A DNA stretch of 64,000 nucleotides from the human T2T-CHM13v2.0 reference genome, Homo sapiens, in assembly GCF_009914755.1 (NCBI RefSeq), contig NC_060945.1, one strand, 5' to 3'. Shown here piece by piece: positions 34,092-47,530 of the stretch (within the stretch, counting starts at the first letter, position 1; the number at the start of each line of letters is the position of its first letter). The position numbers and the translations under genes are program-made. The notes beneath the pieces were generated by a model. That model was not told where the DNA came from, ran no database searches, and worked only from the letters and a program-made list of their open reading frames with translations.

Positions 34092-35373
34092 TTAGGTTGG
34101 TGCAAAAGTAATTGTGGTTTTGGGCTGTGAATTTTAAATCATTATAACTAGGCTCAAACACATCTTTATTAATCAAAATAGGAGTCATTATAATCAACAC
34201 ATTTTTGCCAACAAAAAATTAGTTTGCTTATTCCTGTAGCATAAAAATATGTGCTTCGGAATTCGACAAACTCTTGGAAAGCATTTTCTGCATCCTGCTG
34301 GTTGTGGGAGAATTTTCCCTGCAAAAAGTTGTCGACATGCTTGAAGAAGTGGTAGTTGGTTGGAGGGAGGTAAGGTGAATATGGCAGAAAAGGCAAAGCT
34401 TTGTAGCCCAATTCGTTCAACTTTTGAAGCATTGGTTGTGCAACATGTGGTCAGGCATTGTTGTGGAGAAGAACCAGGCCCTTTATGTTGACCAGTGCCG
34501 ACTGCAGGCTTTGCAGTTTTTGGTGTATCTCACTGATTTGCTGTGCATACTTCTCAGGTATAATGGTTTCACCAGGATTCAGACAGTTGTGGTAAATTAG
34601 ACCAGCAGCAGACCACCAAAAAGTGAACATGACCTTTTTTTTGGTGCAAATTTGGCCATGGGAAGGGCTTTGGAACTTCTCAGTCCAACCACTGAGCTGG
34701 TCATCACCGGTTGTCATATAAAATCCACTTTTCATTGGACATCACAATCTGATCGAGAAATGGTTTATTATTGTTGTGTAGAATAAGAGAAGATGACACT
34801 ACAAAAAGTCAAATTTTTGGATTTTCACTCAGCTCATGAGGCACCCACTTATCAAGCTTTTTTGCCTTTCCTATTTGCTTCAAATACTGAACCACCATAG
34901 AATGGTTGACATTGAGTTCCTTGACAACTTCTCATGTAGTTGTAAAAGGATCAGCTTCAATGATTGCTCTGAATTGGTCATTGTCAATTTCCAATGGCCA
35001 GCCACTGTGATCCTCATCAAGGCTCTTGTCTCCTTTGCAAAATGTCTTGAACCACCACTGCACTGTATGTTCGTTAGCAGTTTCTGGGCCAAATGCATTG
35101 TTGAGTTTGCAAGTTGTCTCTGCTGCTTTATGACCCACTTTGAACTCGAATAAGAAAACTACTGGAATTTGCTTTTTGTCTAACATCATTTCCACAGTCT
35201 AAAATAAATATCAAACAAACAGCAAGTAATAAGTCATTAGCAAGAAAACATGAAGCAAAAAATGCCCATTAAAACACTATATAACATAAGCACATTAATT
35301 TAAGAATGTATTCCAATATCAAATGGCAAATTCCAACAGTGAAAAAGCCGCAATTACGTTTGCACCAACATAA
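34092..35373 (-). mobile_element. HSMAR1: Full-length HSMAR1 mariner DNA transposon (~1.28 kb)
   Basis: TIRs ttaggttggtgcaaaagtaattgtggttt and gccgcaattacgtttgcaccaacataa with TA flanks; transposase remnants on the minus strand. Confidence 0.97.
34169..35195 (-). pseudogene. Disrupted Hsmar1 transposase
   Basis: EMMLDKKQI...TANEHTVQWWF, VMFTFWWSAAGLI, LQKLNELGY...WQKCVDYNDSYFD*; GTG at the start position, several TGA stops and a frameshift. Confidence 0.95.
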
Positions 35374-38300
35374 TAAAATTATTACATGTCAACTAAAAAT
35401 AAGTGAAAAAATATGAATAGAATTAACAAGAGTTATCCTTTGCAGAAACCAATTCTATTCTATGAACTGTCAAATATGATCAACATATCCTTCACATCTA
35501 CGTTCAAATCAAAGGTAGAGAACAGTTCATTGATGTGTTATGATAAGAATAAGACTTATAGGTGGATTTGCAAACTTTGGGGAGTCATTCATGATGAGTG
35601 TAAACAAAATTTATTATCTTTGATGAGCATTCAAACCAAGATACACACAATTCATAAAACATGACTAGCTTTTAAAATTCCCTTATTGGCTGCAATGGTT
35701 GTTTCTTTTAAATACACAAAAGGGGCCTGGTGAGATCTGAAACACCTGGGTGACAGTGGCATCAATCAAATGTCTCTTTCATCCATTTCTTTACCCTGAT
35801 GTAAGAAATCTAGACGCTTGCAAAACGTTCCCTTTAACAAGATGAACCACATTTGTCTGTAACTACAGTAATAGTTTATTCAGAAATTCATGCCCCTAAC
35901 ATCTGTGGGGCTCGGGACAGGAAATCAAATGTAAGTCTGCATACCATATGTCTAAATACTTAAAAGTTAATAAATCAACCTAAAAACCCATTAAATATAT
36001 TCTATTCTTCTACATTGACCAATATAGCTTTATAATGATCATGTGCAGATATGTGTAAAGCTACCATTTTCAATCTAAGAACATCTGCAAAATATCAAAT
36101 ACCACTGAATTTTATTATTGTTGTTCATGTCAAGCATCTTGGAGAAGGCCATGTTGTCTGGATTCAGCAAGTTGTTTTCTGATTAAAAGGCAAATGTGCT
36201 TTTGCCATTTACAAAGAATTGTATTACAGCCTATGGAAATACATATTGTTTTAACATTTACCCAAACTGTGACTTTCAAGTTTTGGAAATTACTAGGAAA
36301 TGCACCAGCTAAAAGTCAAAGGGATTATTGTTAGTTTTATCTCCACTATTTTTACTTCAGTATCAATGATGAAGTCATTGCAAAAGCAAGAAAAGGATAA
36401 TGTCAACCAGGGCAAACACAAAATGAGCAGGTATATAATATGTTAAAACCCTCCATGGTTTACTTTGTTTCAATACCTGTAATAAAAATGTTTGATTTTT
36501 CCTAGAAGAGTCTCTATCCAGTTTAAAACTAATTTCTGTGTACCTGTTTTTGAGTTTTATTATCACCATCAAATAAGCAGTTTAAAATAATAAGCCCAGA
36601 TCTTATTTATTAAAATTTATGGGCCATTTTTCACCAGGAAAAGGGAAGAATCTTCTGAACAGCCTTGTATACATCAGACAAAATATGCATAATGAGGGCA
36701 GTAGGTACATTTAAAATTATAGGGTGACACACTGACTTCCTTTAAAAGTAAACGAAGAGGGAGGAAAATATGAGTTTTTAAATATTAAATTCCATCAAAA
36801 TTCCTGATATCTGATTAAGTACGCTCCACTTTTCTTACAGGCAGATACCAATACAATAGCTTTCAAGTAATGTTTAAAATGCTTTTTTTCTCTTTGGACA
36901 ATCACATTGTACCTACCTCTCCTAAAGAATTTCCCACTTTAAGACCCAGTATTCCAACACAAAGGGTACACAGATGTAAGGCCATGTAGAGAAAAGTTAA
37001 AAATAAAAACTACAGAATCTGGTACAGCTGGGGATAATTAGTGAAAAACAAGTTTTTGCCAGAAATAAAAGGAAGTTGGGTAGACAAATTTTTCTTTAGC
37101 CAGGTTTTGGAAGATTCATGGAAAGAGAACATATTTACAACCCCACCCCTTCTCTTCTATTCCATAGAATCTAGCAAAATAAACCTCCATCATATAACAC
37201 TTCTTTTTAATAAAACTTGGTTGATTCTAATAACATTTGAAAAATCAATCAATTTTGAGGTTCTCTATATCTTTTTAAACCAATCCTGAAGCTTGAACAT
37301 GCTGTTTGAAGACTAGAGCAATCCCTTCCAAATGTCCATATCATTTTATTTTCTGTACTTGAATGCTAGTGTCTGATAGTGCAAGATTACTATTTTACAA
37401 ATACTACTTCACGTATTTTCCTTCAGAAGCAAATCTTCTTCTGGGTTATGAATTTAATGACATGATGTTGTTTTCATAAAACCAAATTTTCTATCAAGAT
37501 TTCATTCAATTTAATACACAGTAATCAGCATCTGCTCTGTCAGATAGTTATGTGGGGATACACGTCTTTCCACATAAGACTCAGTTTCTACCCTCAAGTC
37601 CCTTGCAGTCTAGCTAAGTAAGAAGACACAGGCTGTGTTTCCCCTTGATGATTAAAATGTTCCATGGGCTGGGAATTCTGTGCCCTAGATGTTGTCAGCA
37701 CTTGATTTCTATCATTCAACAAGATTCATTCAACTTTTTTTAAATTGGTGAACTGAAAATACTTCCAATTGTATATTTCCTTTCTGTTCTCATTGCAAAA
37801 GTATTCAATCAATGAGGAAATTAATCATAATGAGGAAACTGATTGAATATAATGGCATAGCTATAAATTTATATAAAAATATATTTTTTAATATTTAGGT
37901 GCTTCAAATGAAGTTACACCCAGTCGTTCTATGAATGAGAGAAAACTGGATTTGTTCCTGTGATGCCAATTTAGACTTAGATTGGCTTAAATTTACTTTT
38001 TATTTAATCCATGTGCTACTCCTTAAATTATCAACATATAGCAACTCAAAAGGATAAGTTTGCATTAATTTATGATGCCTTGGTAAAGAGTTTGGTCTTT
38101 GCTTTTCTTTCAAGCTGGAGCCATCGCATGAATATTTACACTTTAAAATTCACAAAAGGACATTCTCACAGGTTCGCTGGAGTTTAATGAGTAGTTAATA
38201 TATCTGCACCAAAGTGACAGGTAAGGAAGTGTAAGTTTTATGTAATGTTTCCATTTTGGATTTTGCTTTCTTTCTTGACATCCTTCCCTTCCATTATACT

Positions 38301-39610
38301 GTTACCTCTCTTACTTCTAAATATTTCCTTTTATTTCTTCCTGCAACTTTTTAATGTTGACATTAAGCCTAGGCCTGATGTGTGTTCTTTGCTTAATCTT
38401 TAAGAATCAGGTGAAGAATAAACAAGGATTTATAAAATGTTGAATTAGTGAACTGATTTGATATGACTTCAAGGCAGTTAAACTTTCTATCTACTGAAGT
38501 AATTTAACAAAGGAGCTGAAACAATTCTCTAAATCTGTACCTACCATATTGCAGAATATTTGCAACAAGTATTTTAATATCCAACATAATTTTTATAATT
38601 TTCTAAAGACCTTTTGTATAGAACACTCTTGATAATAGGTTTAATAAAGTTGCCTTACAGAAAAAAAACATTATTATTTTTACTCCAGCAGTGATAATGG
38701 AAACAGACTCCATTACATTTTACTTTCTTGAAAATGTTAAAAAAAGAAACACTGCATATCATTAATATTCCCTAAATAAGATATTTGAATCTAATTACAA
38801 GGGTCTTCAAAAATCATATAACAATTAGTTTAGAACAATTGATTTTCTCTTCAACGAGCATCTTGAAAGCATTTTCTTTGTGTGAAGAAACTTAGAAGTT
38901 TCAAAACCAACATGGTAAAATCTAAATACGCTTTTATTTCTGTAAATTAAAATTATGATTTAAGAATATTTATTCCTTGACATGCCTCTATTGTATTCTG
39001 TAATCAAAACTCTAGAACAAAAATAAAGTGTCTCTCATTCTAGTTTCCAAACAGAATAACAATTGACACTTAACATTTATTTTATTTAAAGTCCTGTTGT
39101 AGAACATTCCACTATGGAACACTGCTTATGATTGGGAAAATTCTTTCTTCTTTAATGCAGGAAGTGTTCAACCCTGACACATGCATGGCAAAGACATCCA
39201 GGTTGCACAATTGTCTAAACTCCCCGCCAATTACTTGGACCAGGACTCCCAAAAACTTTACGTGCTTTTGGCTTCTGCTATGCTCTTTAAAACAACATAG
39301 TCCTAACAAACTGCATTCCACTGCTAAAGAACAACCCTGACTCCAGATAATCAGTCACTGAGGTCCTTGCCTTATAACCACCATTTGTTCAAAACAGAGA
39401 CCCTGTGTCCTTTTAGCTCCTCTTTTTGTCAGAGGCACATTCCAGATAAACACCACTCTTGCCCTTCCTCTCATGGGTCTTTAACTTTTCTGCATGTTTC
39501 TCTCTCTGCCTAGGATGGCTATTTCTACCAATCACGTTAAAGTGACTAACAGAATATTTAAATTTCTTCAACATAAATGATAGTTTATGGATAGCAACTA
39601 TTAATGGGGG

Positions 39611-39832
<222 letters not shown>

Positions 39833-40067
39833 AAATATTTAGCTTTTTAAAAGAAAGGAGTTGGTCATTATTTGTAAAGAAATCTGCCCATTCCCTTAGT
39901 AAAATCAGCCAGGTCAGTTACCGGTTCAGGGATTAAAATAAATAATTTGTAGTTGTGTTATAATAGACACTATTTTCCAGGGTCGGCAATGGTAAACAAT
40001 GCCCTTTAAGGGGAAATGATTAGAAATAGAAACTTCGAGCACCCTGCCATAGTGAAATGTGGCCCTC

Positions 40068-40564
40068 TATGGTAAATTAAAGATGGCCACAAATATTTTC
40101 CTATGTTATATTGAGAGGTGAAGTCCATTTCCCCTCTCCTTGAATTTGTGCTGGCCTTAATGATTTGTCCAATAGAAGGCACGAGGGATAACATTCTTAG
40201 ACTTCTCAGGCTAGCTCAGAAGAAGTCTCATAGCTTCCACTAGATTTATTAGAATGTTGGTTCTCAGATCATTGAGATGCCATGTAAGAAGTTAGACTAT
40301 CCTAAGAAACTACAGGAAGACCCTGAGATGACCTGAAGCAAGAGAGAGACATAGCCATCCAACAAGCCTCAGCTGTTTCAGGCCCTAAAGATTTGAGTCA
40401 TCCTAGCTGAGGTTCCAAATGTTGGGATCAGGTACGTGTTATCTTTACTGAGCTCTGCCCACATTGTAGATTCATAAGCAAAATAAATGATTGTTGTTAT
40501 TTTAATCCATTAAGGTTTTATTTCTCAGGGGAGAAGTGTTACTCAGCAATGGCTAACTGGAACA
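40068..40564 (+). mobile_element. MLT1 (G/H-like) MaLR solo LTR
   Basis: aaagatggccacaaat...ccttgaatttgtgctggcc...aaaataaatgattgttgttatttt...cagcaatggctaactggaaca. Confidence 0.8.
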
Positions 40565-40955
40565 TTTTCCATTATTATTGATTATATGAGTTTGAAATTA
40601 TGAAAATTGTTGGAGAGTTTCCTTATCAAATCTTTCCTATGTAGTAATATAGTTGGAGCCATCACAAAGCCGAATTTTGAAGTGGGTAAAACTTGTCTTT
40701 TATGCCTTCTATTTTAAATCTCTCTCTCTCTCTTTCTCTCTGTATGTATGTATATATATACATACATATATGTACATTCTCCACTTATGGCATTTCCTAC
40801 CAACTGAGCAGTTTAACAGAGACCCAAAGCTCCCCATGGACTGCTTCTCACTGCTTTTTCCAAATAAACCCTATTAGAAAGTATAATTTTAAATGTATCT
40901 AATTTCATCCATTTTTAGTTGTGACTGGTCATTCCTACTTGGTTATTTATTTCTT

Positions 40956-41029
40956 CTTCTTCCTTCTGCAAATATCATTACTTCTTCCTTCTGCAAATAT
41001 CATTACTTCTTCCTTCTGCAAATATCATT
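40956..41029. repeat. 25-bp minisatellite, 3 copies
   Basis: cttcttccttctgcaaatatcatta x3. Confidence 0.97.
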
Positions 41030-41049
41030 TTCTGTTCTCACTATCTCTA

Positions 41050-41760
41050 CATCAGTTCTGAAACAGATAATTACTAGATCACATCTGTTTATCCTAAATT
41101 CACCCAGGCCATTCTCTACATTGCATCCAGGAGTCTTCCCTGAAATATAACTATTAACACTGATCTGCTTTGTAACCCTCCCCTTCACACATCATGTATA
41201 ACACATACACACACGCGTGCACACACACACACACACTTCTTTAGAAAAGAGACTAAATTCTTTAAAATATTTTACATAGTCCTTAAAATTTGTTTTCGAT
41301 TTTCGCTTCACTCTTATTACTCTCTCACCATTACCCTAAACTCAATTGGAGTTCTAATTCCAAGAAACATTCATAGCTCCTTGATGTGTGCACTCTCATT
41401 TCCAAGTCTCTGAAAATGTTTCTTTCACGAGTTTCTCTGCTCTATGGAACTCACTGAATCTCTCTGCCTTTTCTTGTACCCTTCAACCTTCCAGGTTTCC
41501 CACTGTCCCTCAGTCAAAACAACTATTGTGATAAAGACTTCCTGGACTCATCTCTCTTAATATTATATAATCTTTCTATTTAATCCCATAGAAGTGATAG
41601 ATATCTCTACAATATCCCTAATATTATTATTTGGTTTTCAGTATATCATAAATATCTAAGTGCCAGTAGAGTGACTTATTCACAATCCTTTGTAATCCTA
41701 GTGACCTGGATAGAAGAGGAAACAAGTCTGTTAGATGGATAAATATATAAGTGAATGATT
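41050..41760 (+). mobile_element. Degenerate L2 fragment containing (CA)n
   Basis: ccattctctacattgcatccaggagtcttccctgaaat; pyrimidine-rich; limits approximate. Confidence 0.5.
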
Positions 41761-43067
41761 ATTTTTGTTTGCCCATGTTGAGCTATGTACTTAATATACA
41801 AGAAATATAATTTTAATATCAAAACTATTATTATTATATTAATATTACTATAGCTACTTTTAATCTTAAATTGAAAGATTTCAAAATGCATTTTTGTAGG
41901 ATTACTTCCTAATTCTTTCTCTTTGGGTAAAAGCACACAAAAATTTTCCAGTTTTACCATGAGCTGACATGTTTTTATAACATTTCTGTAAAATATCACT
42001 CTAACTAGACTACTTGTTTATGTAGTAGTATAGTAGTTTCCCTTTAAGGAATGTATAAGAATTATATATTGCTGTTAACAAATTAATAAGATTTTTGTTG
42101 TTCCTAGCATTTATAGAGCCCTAGATGGCCACTGGGAAATTCCTTCAAATAGTAATCTAAAATATACTTCAGTAAAGTGACTCTTGTCAGTGGCAATAAA
42201 GTAGGTCATTGTTTATGATTATTACCAAATTTTTTACATTTCATTGAATTATTTTACCATCAGAAACAACTTATCAAAACACAGCAATACCTGCTGAAAT
42301 ACACTTTTTTAATCTATTAATTCGTAAGTTGTATAAAATGGTGCATCTATTTTATAATTTTAGATTAATACAACCATAATCATTGGTTTATTTCTAAAAA
42401 TAAAAAAATGCTTATTATTTTTAAGAACAATAATATTTATTATTTCTTAAAATAGCAGTTATCTTTTAATGTAGTCTGTTAAGCATGTTTCATGTTTAAA
42501 ATATTAGATTCTAAAAGAGATATTGAGCTAAGTGAAACTATTGCTTGGAGGAAAATGGGGAGAGAAAGTGGAAAAGCAAGTAGTGGTACTAACATGAACC
42601 AGCAAAAGCTGAATCACGTCTACCAGCAAATGACCTGAGTATCACAAGTGTTCCTCAGTTAGAAAACAGGTTATTGATAGGGTATCCTATCAAGGTGGAA
42701 AAGGAGAGCATCTAAACCACAAGTTTCTGACATAGCTGTTGACAAAGGCTTGAGCAATACAGCTTTATTCCAGAACAAGATGGCCTCAGCCTTCATGAAT
42801 GGCCCCCAAAATTAAAATAAGCATATAAATCAGCATAGAAGATTAGGTGTTAAAGCCAAGTTTCGCCAAAGTTAATGATTCCATTTAAATGTGGCTATTG
42901 AATGTGTTCTTGACAAATGAAAAAGAATATTCCAAATTTTTTAAAATGAGTATAAATAGATGCTTTTCCTAAGAGCTAGTCTGTATCTAGAGAGGAGACA
43001 GAATCAGAACGTGGCAGAAACAGAAATCTCTCTAAAGTCCAAATAAGTGAATTTTATTTAAAAAAAT

Positions 43068-43372
<305 letters not shown>

Positions 43373-44099
43373 CAAATAAATAAATTTTAAATCACTCTTA
43401 AGCAACCTACTGGAATGACATTATCAAACATCCATCAGGTACACTTAGGATGAGAGATAGGAAGACAAACATGCTTATAACTCATCAGCTCTCAATATAA
43501 TTAGATTTTGGTTAAACTGTAATAAGAACATTGTACTGCATTAATTCAGTTTTGTTTTCTTTTTTCTTATGTCTTCAGTAGGAATTTATTTTGAAAAAGC
43601 TGTACACGACTTGCTTGTGTTAGAGAATCATTGTGGTCAAAGGTTATAGGAGGCAAAGAAATTCCCATTCTAGATGCAGAAGAGCCTGCAAGCTGAGCAA
43701 GATATATGTAAATGCAAGATATCAGAAACAGGTCTAGGAGTGGATGGTGACCCCTTTCTACATGTTATTCAGCTACTGCAATATATGTTAATCAAGTTGA
43801 ATAATATATGTCATTCAAACCTACTAAACATCAAGCTACAATGAATGACACTGTGAATATATTTTCATTGCTCCTCTAATTATGTCTTTGATATTGATTT
43901 TGATGAATGGAACTAGAGAAGGCGTAAAAGTATCTGTATTGCTCTTGAGACATACCCAGTGCCAACCATGGTGTCACTCACGTAATAAACTTTTAACAAA
44001 TATCTGTTGAATGAGTAACAGAGTGGTACAAATCAGCTGCAATGTTGTGGCAATTACACATCAATCAACAGCATATTCACTTTCATAAATGCTGGTAGA

Positions 44100-45440
44100 C
44101 TAATAATAGGTATTTCAAATTTCACATGTCCAAAACTGATTTCCATTTTTTCCCAACCATAATATTATCCTGCTGCAGACTTTCCCATTTCAATCATCAA
44201 CATCTCTATCCTCTGTTTCTCAGGTTCTACCTTCAAAATAGATATTTATGGAACCAGTTCCTTCTCACCACCTGCACTGTTGTTACCATTGTGATCCAAG
44301 TCTCCATCACCTCTCACTTAGATTATTTCCATAGCTTCTTGGCTGGCCTTTACTTCCATCCTGTGCCATCTACTTTTGGCATAGCCACCCAGTGTGATCC
44401 TCAAAAAACCTTATTCAGATCATGGCTTTCCTCTCTTCTAAGCCTCCATTGGCTGCCTTACAATGGCCTTCAATGCCATAGATGATTTACTCTTGAGCTA
44501 GATGACTAAGTAACATTATCAAACATCCATCAAGCAAAGTTAAGATGAGAGAAATGAAAAGAGGCAGGATACTCTGTAACTCAACTGCTCTCAATATAAT
44601 TAGATTTTGATTGAGATACAAAGAGAAAATTGTATTCTGTTAACTTGGATTTCCTTTTTCTTCTGCTCAGCCTACCTCTTACTACTCCTCCCTTTGCTCA
44701 TTCTTCTAGAAACACACTGGCTTGTGAGCCATTTCTTAACCATGCCAGGTTTGCTTCTAACCCAGGCTTTTGAATTGCTGTTTTCTTTTGCCTGGAACCA
44801 TTCTTCCCATAATTATTTCCATGGCTCATTTCCTCATTTCTTTCAGGACTGGACTCAAATGTCACCTGCTTAGAGAAGACTTATTTGACTTACTACTTAA
44901 GTTTTCCCATTTTCTAGCATTCCTTATCTTCTTTTCCTGCTTTATTTTTTTCTATAGCACTTACAACCATCTAGTGGATTTTAATATACATCTCCCCTAG
45001 CCCATGACAAGAAGAAAACTACAGGAAGACAAGTATGTTTGTGAATTTCGTTTACTACTATACCTCCAGAACCTAGAACAATGCCTAACACGTAAGAGAC
45101 ACTCAATGAGGGTGGGTGCAGTGGCTCACACCTGTAATCCTTGCACTTTGGGAGGCTGAGGTGGGTGGATCACAAGGTCAAGAGATCGAGACCATCCTGG
45201 TCAACATGGTGAAACCCCGTCTCTACTAAAAATACAAAAATTAGCTGGGCGTGGTGGCATGCGCCTGTAGTCTCAGCTACTTAGGGGGCTGAGGCAGGAG
45301 AATCGCTTGAACCTGGGAGTCTGAGGTTGCAGTGAGCTGAGTCATGCCACTGTGCTCCAGCCTGGTGACAGAGCGAGACTTCATCTCCAAAAAACAAAAA
45401 AGGATACTCAGTGAGTACTTGTTAGATGAATGCATGAATG
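44100..45440 (+). mobile_element. L2 (L2a-like) 3' portion, interrupted by a local copy and an Alu
   Basis: ttcacatgtccaaaactga, ctaccttcaaaata, ctcaaatgtcacct, cctagaacaatgcct...gttagatgaatgcatgaatg. Confidence 0.85.
45110..45401 (+). mobile_element. AluSc-like
   Basis: ggtcaagagatcgagaccatcc, cctggtgacagagc; TSD ga(c/t)actca(a/g)tga. Confidence 0.93.
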
Positions 45441-46496
45441 TCAGGAAAGCCTAATTGCCATCACTCATTCTATTGCTATATATAAGGCAATGATAATTTA
45501 TTTGGCTCATCCAGAAAGCTTTAGCAAGACTGATAACAACCCCCAGGGAAGAACTCATGAACTCCATACTGCCCAACAAAATCTTTTTCTTGGCTTCTCC
45601 TTTTTTGTCACTCCTCCTCTTTTGCTTTCCTCCACCCTATGCTACCTCCTAATAAAATTCCTTGCTTGAATTCTGTCCAATGCAAGGCTCACAAAAATAA
45701 GTTAAACAGATCTTTCCAGACAACGAGTGTTTTCTACTATCCTGGAATTTCACTGCAATACAGTACATTTCGATCACACTACCTTTTAATGAAATCTTTA
45801 CCCTGAATACTCAAAAAGTCATCTTCTGTATGAGCATGTCTGCTTTTAGTAGACATAAATGGCTAGCCTCTGTGACTGTTTTCTTTTTAACAATGAAAGA
45901 AGAAACAAACACAATGGACAATTATTAAACAATGGACAATTGATTAGAAAAAGCTCGCTTGCTAACTGAGTAATTCTTTGACACACAGTTTTCATCTCAT
46001 TTTATTATGTTAAAAAATAGAATAACAATAATACAGTAAAACCCTGTTTTGAGGCACCATTATAGTATAATTATGGATTTAGTTATACAGCCCACCACCT
46101 CATATCCCTGATGTATCATATAGCTCAGCATATTACACAATTCATCAAGGGTAAAAATTATTTTTCCCAATCTAGGCTTAATTATATATTGAGTATGCTG
46201 CTGAAAAGTTTCCCCTACCATTATCTCTTCTCAGCATAAGGGGGACAGTGTCTGTACATTGAGAAGTTATTGGTATTGCTATTATTTTTAGCAACCTATC
46301 ATCATGCACCCTCGGGGGTGAAAACATAAGTTAACAGAGATGATAAGGGACCCTTACACGTACAGAAGAAGCAGAGTGTCTGGAGCTATATATACTCAAG
46401 AGCTATGAATTACTTCAAGAGAATCCAATATGTACTAAGCAAAATTTAAAATTAAACTGCTCACTGCAATTTCAACAGTTGTAAAGTAATGTCCCC

Positions 46497-46868
46497 TGTA
46501 TTCGTCAATTTTCATGCTGCTGATAAAGACATACCCGAGACTAGGCAACTTACAAAAGAAAAAGGTTTAATTGGACTTACAGTTCCACATGGCTGGGGAA
46601 GCCTCACAATCATGGTGGAAGGCAAGGAGGATCAAGTCACATCTTACGTGGATGGCAGCAAGCAAAAAAGAGAGCTTGTGCAAGGAAACTCCCATTTTTA
46701 AAAACCATCAGATTTTGTGAGACTCATTTACTATCAGGAGAACAGTGCGGGAAAGACCCACCCCCAAAAGTCAATCACCTCCCACCGGGTTCCTTCCAGG
46801 ACATGTGGGAATTGTGGGTGTTACAAGTCAAGATGAGATTTGGGAGGGAACACAACCAAAGCATATCA
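46497..46868 (-). mobile_element. THE1B solo LTR
   Basis: tgtatt...catgctgctgataaagacatacccgagact...gcatatca; TSD tcccc / tcctc. Confidence 0.9.
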
Positions 46869-47274
46869 TCCTCTAAAGAATAATAATGTCAGTAATAATA
46901 GCAAAAATACATAGTAATGATAGCAAATAGTAATAGATGACATTAAATGGGCACTACTATGGCCACTGATCTAATTATTTTACTTGCAATAATTCATTAC
47001 AGAAATAATTCTTTGCAGGATCTGAATTTTAGGGGAATACATGTCATGAAATCTGAGGATTTCTTAAAGATTATCATGCTCCCATTAGGCAAGGGAACAC
47101 TCATGGTTGTTCTTGTCTTTGCCTTCACCTAAGAAAATAATGAAGGGTGGTAAATAAGGATAAGAAGGAATTCATTTATTTATTCATTTTCCTGAAATAC
47201 AAATGAAGGATCGACAATAGAAATTAGGAAAAAAAAAAGAGGGGAAGTGTAGATATTTCAAGGACATAGATAAC

Positions 47275-47530
47275 TAATGAGCTAATGAGCATTGAATCAC
47301 TACTATATGTCAGGCACAGTATTAAGCATTCTACAGGTATTTCATTCAATCATTATAATGCCAAGTGAAGTAGGGATCCATTATCCTCTTCATAGTGAAG
47401 AGAAAAAGAAGCAGTTAAATATCTTGACTAAGGTCATAGTGAAGAGAAAAAGAAGCAGTTAAATATCTTGACTAAGCTAATAATAAGTGGTGAAACCGAA
47501 ACAATAATCTTGTCAATCTGACTTAGCTCT
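47275..47530 (-). mobile_element. MIR with an internal 44-bp tandem duplication
   Basis: tatgtcaggcacagtattaagcatt...gtgaagtagg; tcatagtgaagagaaaaagaagcagttaaatatcttgactaag x2 at 47390-47476. Confidence 0.75.

Larger units (their letters stand above)
32393..35412 (+). mobile_element. L1MA-type element (ORF2 3' part and 3' UTR), interrupted near its 3' end by HSMAR1
   Basis: ORF 32396..32683 (LPKRIYTFNAIPVKI); 3' UTR aggaataagttctagtg; resumes after 35375 with aattattacatgtcaactaaaaataa. Confidence 0.9.

Noticed and set aside
34169-35195. SETMAR or a domesticated transposase
   Set aside because: Multiple stops, a frameshift and a lost ATG; both TIRs are present and there are no SET-domain exons.
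35870-36150. Possible hAT-Tip100 relic
   Set aside because: The resemblance is from memory only; I could not support termini or family.
40956-41029. CRISPR-like arrays (also 27987-28041 and 53506-53640)
   Set aside because: The repeats have no unique spacers, there are no cas genes, and the DNA is primate.
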